Origin: Chiloscyllium plagiosum
Taxonomy: Eukaryota
Reading direction: 5' to 3'
DNA: 63,919 nucleotides
Assembly: GCF_004010195.1 (NCBI RefSeq)
Contig: NC_057720.1
Coordinates: forward strand, 35,142,792 to 35,206,710
The position numbers were made by a program, and so were the translations under genes. Numbering within the stretch: position 1 is the stretch's first letter; each line of letters starts with the position of its first letter. The notes beneath the pieces are model-generated. The model was not told where the DNA came from and did no database searches. It was given only the letters and a program-made list of their open reading frames with translations. Below, piece after piece: positions 60,828-63,919 of this stretch.

Positions 60828-63336
60828 TCCTCACAATTTTTGAAGCAGAATATCTTGTTGGACTTACAGCAACATCAAGTTTGTGGAAAATATCTCCTGA
60901 ATAGCATAGGAACAGTGTGAAATTACTTCCTTAAATTGTTTAAAGGTTTAGGATAATTTGCAGAGTAATCTGATGTAGAAGAGGTACTTTGCAGGTCTGA
61001 ACATTGTGTTTTTTGACCTATTTGTGAGTTTGCACACTAGCTTTCTTCCTGCTCAACTGGTATGGATGAGAGGACTATAGTTGCCATTGTGAAGGCCTCC
61101 AGCTTCTGGAGCTCTGCTTCTAATGGTGCTGTAGTGCTAAATGTTTCAGTCGACAGTTTTATGTTTTCTTGTGATTTTGGATATTCTGGTAAGACAATAT
61201 GAATTGCTGTTTTGTAGCTACTCCAAAAAGTTGATTGTGGAGCTGTCTGCCGTCTTTGTGTTCACACTGTGTTTTGGTGTTATGAAGGAAATTTGAAGTT
61301 TAATGCAGAGAGAGCCAAATGTGACTTTATTAGAAGAACCTAACAATGATAATTCTGTGTGTGTCCTTCTCAATGGTACAGGTCAGAGTTGTGAGGTACA
61401 TTTACGCAACCTATAGACAGGAGATAATCAGTAACAACTTTGTTCAAAAGAATCTTTGGCTTTAAGAATGATAATTCAACAAATGCCTTAAACCAAAACA
61501 TCCTGTCGCCTGATTTGATTAAATTGAAAATGGCTGTTGATTACTGCCAGAATAAGTTCTCACTGGCATATCATGTTTTTCAGTTAATTAAAAAAAATAT
61601 GAAAGCTAAACAGACTGAAATCTAATACTAAGTGACTTCTGCAATGTCTTCGTGTTGACAATTTTCTTGCCTTTCCCCATTCTCTGTATATCATTTAAAA
61701 CAACTCATTTTTACCAACGAAGATTCATACATGGGGCAATGTAAGTAGTATGTCATTCATCTGTGCCCAATAAATGGCGAATATTAAAAGAAAGTATCCA
61801 ACCAGTTATTTTTTATTTAAATTGCTTTGCTAAAAGGCCATGCTTAACCTCAGATTCTGCCCTCCAGATTTGTCACATTTAAATCAACATTGAAATATGA
61901 GCTGAAGAGTAAAGGATGGCATTATCAGATTTCATCTGAAAAGAAAATTTATTGCAGAGTGCTACATATCACATTTGTGCGAATGAGTTGTTATGTGTAG
62001 TTGGCAAGCCACTAGCTTTATGCTAGTTGTCTGCATATATCACAAGACTGCTTGAATACAGAGGATTTTACTATCTGTAAAATTGCAATTCAAGGTTGAT
62101 TCCCGTAACTAAATATTTTACAATTGTGTTCTATTTTCAGAATTGACGCCAATATTAGCCCCTCAGGACTTTGCACATACAGCATTTCATTTAAAGGAAG
62201 TATCAGGTAAACCAAAGTAAAATTCAATTCTCTACAACATGATTTAGTAAAGGTGGCACGTTCTCTACTAGTCCAACTGTCTAATGGCTTCATTTTCTTG
62301 GCTGTTTATGAACTTGTGAGCATTCAATAAAATTTTGCGACATTGCAAAACTTTGGACTTTAAGTGGACGTTAAGTTTCTCAATGGGTATTCAATGTGCT
62401 TTATGAATTTGTGTCATATTCCTACCTTTTTCTTATAGCCTTGAACATTGGCCCAGACTGTGCATTGGCCAGACAGTAGTTATTCCAGCTTAGATCAACG
62501 GTGAGCATAGGAATCCTGCAGAATCCTTATCATAGCGTAATCCAAGGGAATTGTATAGGAGATTGAATTTTCCACTGAACAATTCCTTTAAGCTTGGAAA
62601 GACTTTACAGGGTTCCAATTACATTAAGCTAAATAGTTACTCATGATATGTTAAACTATTAAATGCATAGTTTAGCTCCTGAGTAACCTCTCTCCCCACC
62701 TCAGGGACTCAACATCCCCTACAAATGGGACCCAGCACCATTTGCCCTGGGACAGGACACACACTCACCTGCTGCTATCAGACCCTACTCAACTCTCCCA
62801 CCCCACTTCAGTACCTGCTCTGACATGAACCATCAACACCTTCTCCAGCCCAACCTGACCCAACCCAGCATACCCTAACCACCCTCGACCTGACACCACC
62901 TCCCCCCACTTCCTGCCTTCCCGCTGGATTCAATTTATCTGACTCACCCTGATCTGTTCTAAATACTGCATTATTTACCTTGAACCTTGGCACCTTACCC
63001 ACTTGGAAACCTACCCCCTTCCAAATTGGCTTTCCACTTAGCCCCCTCCTCAGTTAACATCCTATCCAGCTAGCAGCCTACAAATCTGACACCCTATCTG
63101 ACATCCTACTTCTCGCACCCTGCCCTCTCCACAGCTGGCATCCTTCCCAGCTGGCATCCTACTTGCCTGGCACCCTGCTATCCTGCTATCCCCACAACCC
63201 ATTTGGCATTCTAATGTCCAGCACCCTAACAATCACACTTATGTTATGTACTTATGGTTTGACAGCATCCAGTAATCAAACAGATTACTACAATTGAGGT
63301 CCTGTTTGTTAATTTTCTACCTGGTTGCCTAATCCC

Positions 63337-63466
63337 TGTTACAGAGACTATGAGGAGAACTTGGATGGTAGGTCATCCCCTTTGAAATCCTAACCTGTTC
63401 TCTCACCAAAACCAAATGGCACCAGTAGGTGGTACCTGAGGCACCCCTCAGCATTAACTCTTTACA
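63337..63466 (+). repeat. Short interspersed repeat, copy 2
   Basis: TGTTACAGAG start and AACTCTTTACA end (imperfect terminal inverted repeat); homologous to 56556-56688. Confidence 0.65.
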
Positions 63467-63919
63467 ACAGCAGATGCGAAAAATGGGATAATCTAAGAAG
63501 AAACAACCTTCATGTTATTGGTTAACATGGGAGGGCAGGTTTCTCTCCATTGGCAAAGTGGATCATTTGGTTTGCAATACTGATCCAGGCCACTCCCAAG
63601 CTCCACTGGATAGCTTGATAAGTCTATACAGGCTTATGACTCGTCTGCATGCCTTTTTAGGTCTCCATGTTCAACAGAAAAGTTTCTAGCAGTGAGTTTT
63701 CTGCCCCTTAGTTCCTAACTCATTTTTCCCTCCATACTTATCTTCTAATCTAGAGATTAGTTTATTCAGTGCAAAGAACAAGGTGGGAAAGAGCATCTAA
63801 GTAAGAAATTTATAGCTTCAGTGTGAAGTAAAGAACAAAGATTTTAAAGGTAAGTTGAAAAGGGTGAAACAGGTGAGATTTTCAAAGGACAAGATGCCAG
63901 AGGAGGAAATGGAAACAAA

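Noticed and set aside
62439..62500. Plus-strand exon-like segment (ttcttatag ... ACG|gtgagc)
   Set aside because: Stops in all three frames; at most a non-coding exon, with no further support.
1..63919. CRISPR arrays, operons or other prokaryotic systems
   Set aside because: No regularly spaced repeats and no gene-dense coding DNA; the sequence is vertebrate repeat-rich DNA.

Overview
Eukaryotic, AT-rich, repeat-dense vertebrate DNA. The repeats look like those of an elasmobranch (shark) genome, an inference from HE1-like tRNA-derived SINEs and HER1/CR1-like LINEs. No intact host protein-coding gene is visible, and nearly all listed ORFs are transposon fragments, antisense shadows of them, or artefacts spanning three N-gaps. 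The window holds many CR1-clade LINE fragments (one near-full-length copy), a Rex1/Babar LINE 3' end, at least three SINE types, two copies of a Gypsy-like LTR, relics of PIF/Harbinger genes (Myb/SANT-like and transposase), a tRNA-Arg(ACG) pseudogene and one candidate minus-strand exon. The strongest signal is a dense set of Penelope-like element (PLE) termini from about four families. They carry minimal hammerhead ribozyme cores (CUGANGA-stem II-GAAA) with a covarying 4-nt palindrome in place of stem III, and occur as long palindromes, as inverted termini around a captured ORF fragment, and as 55-170 bp micro-insertions with 10-16 bp target-site duplications. Family names come from recognition, not database searches.
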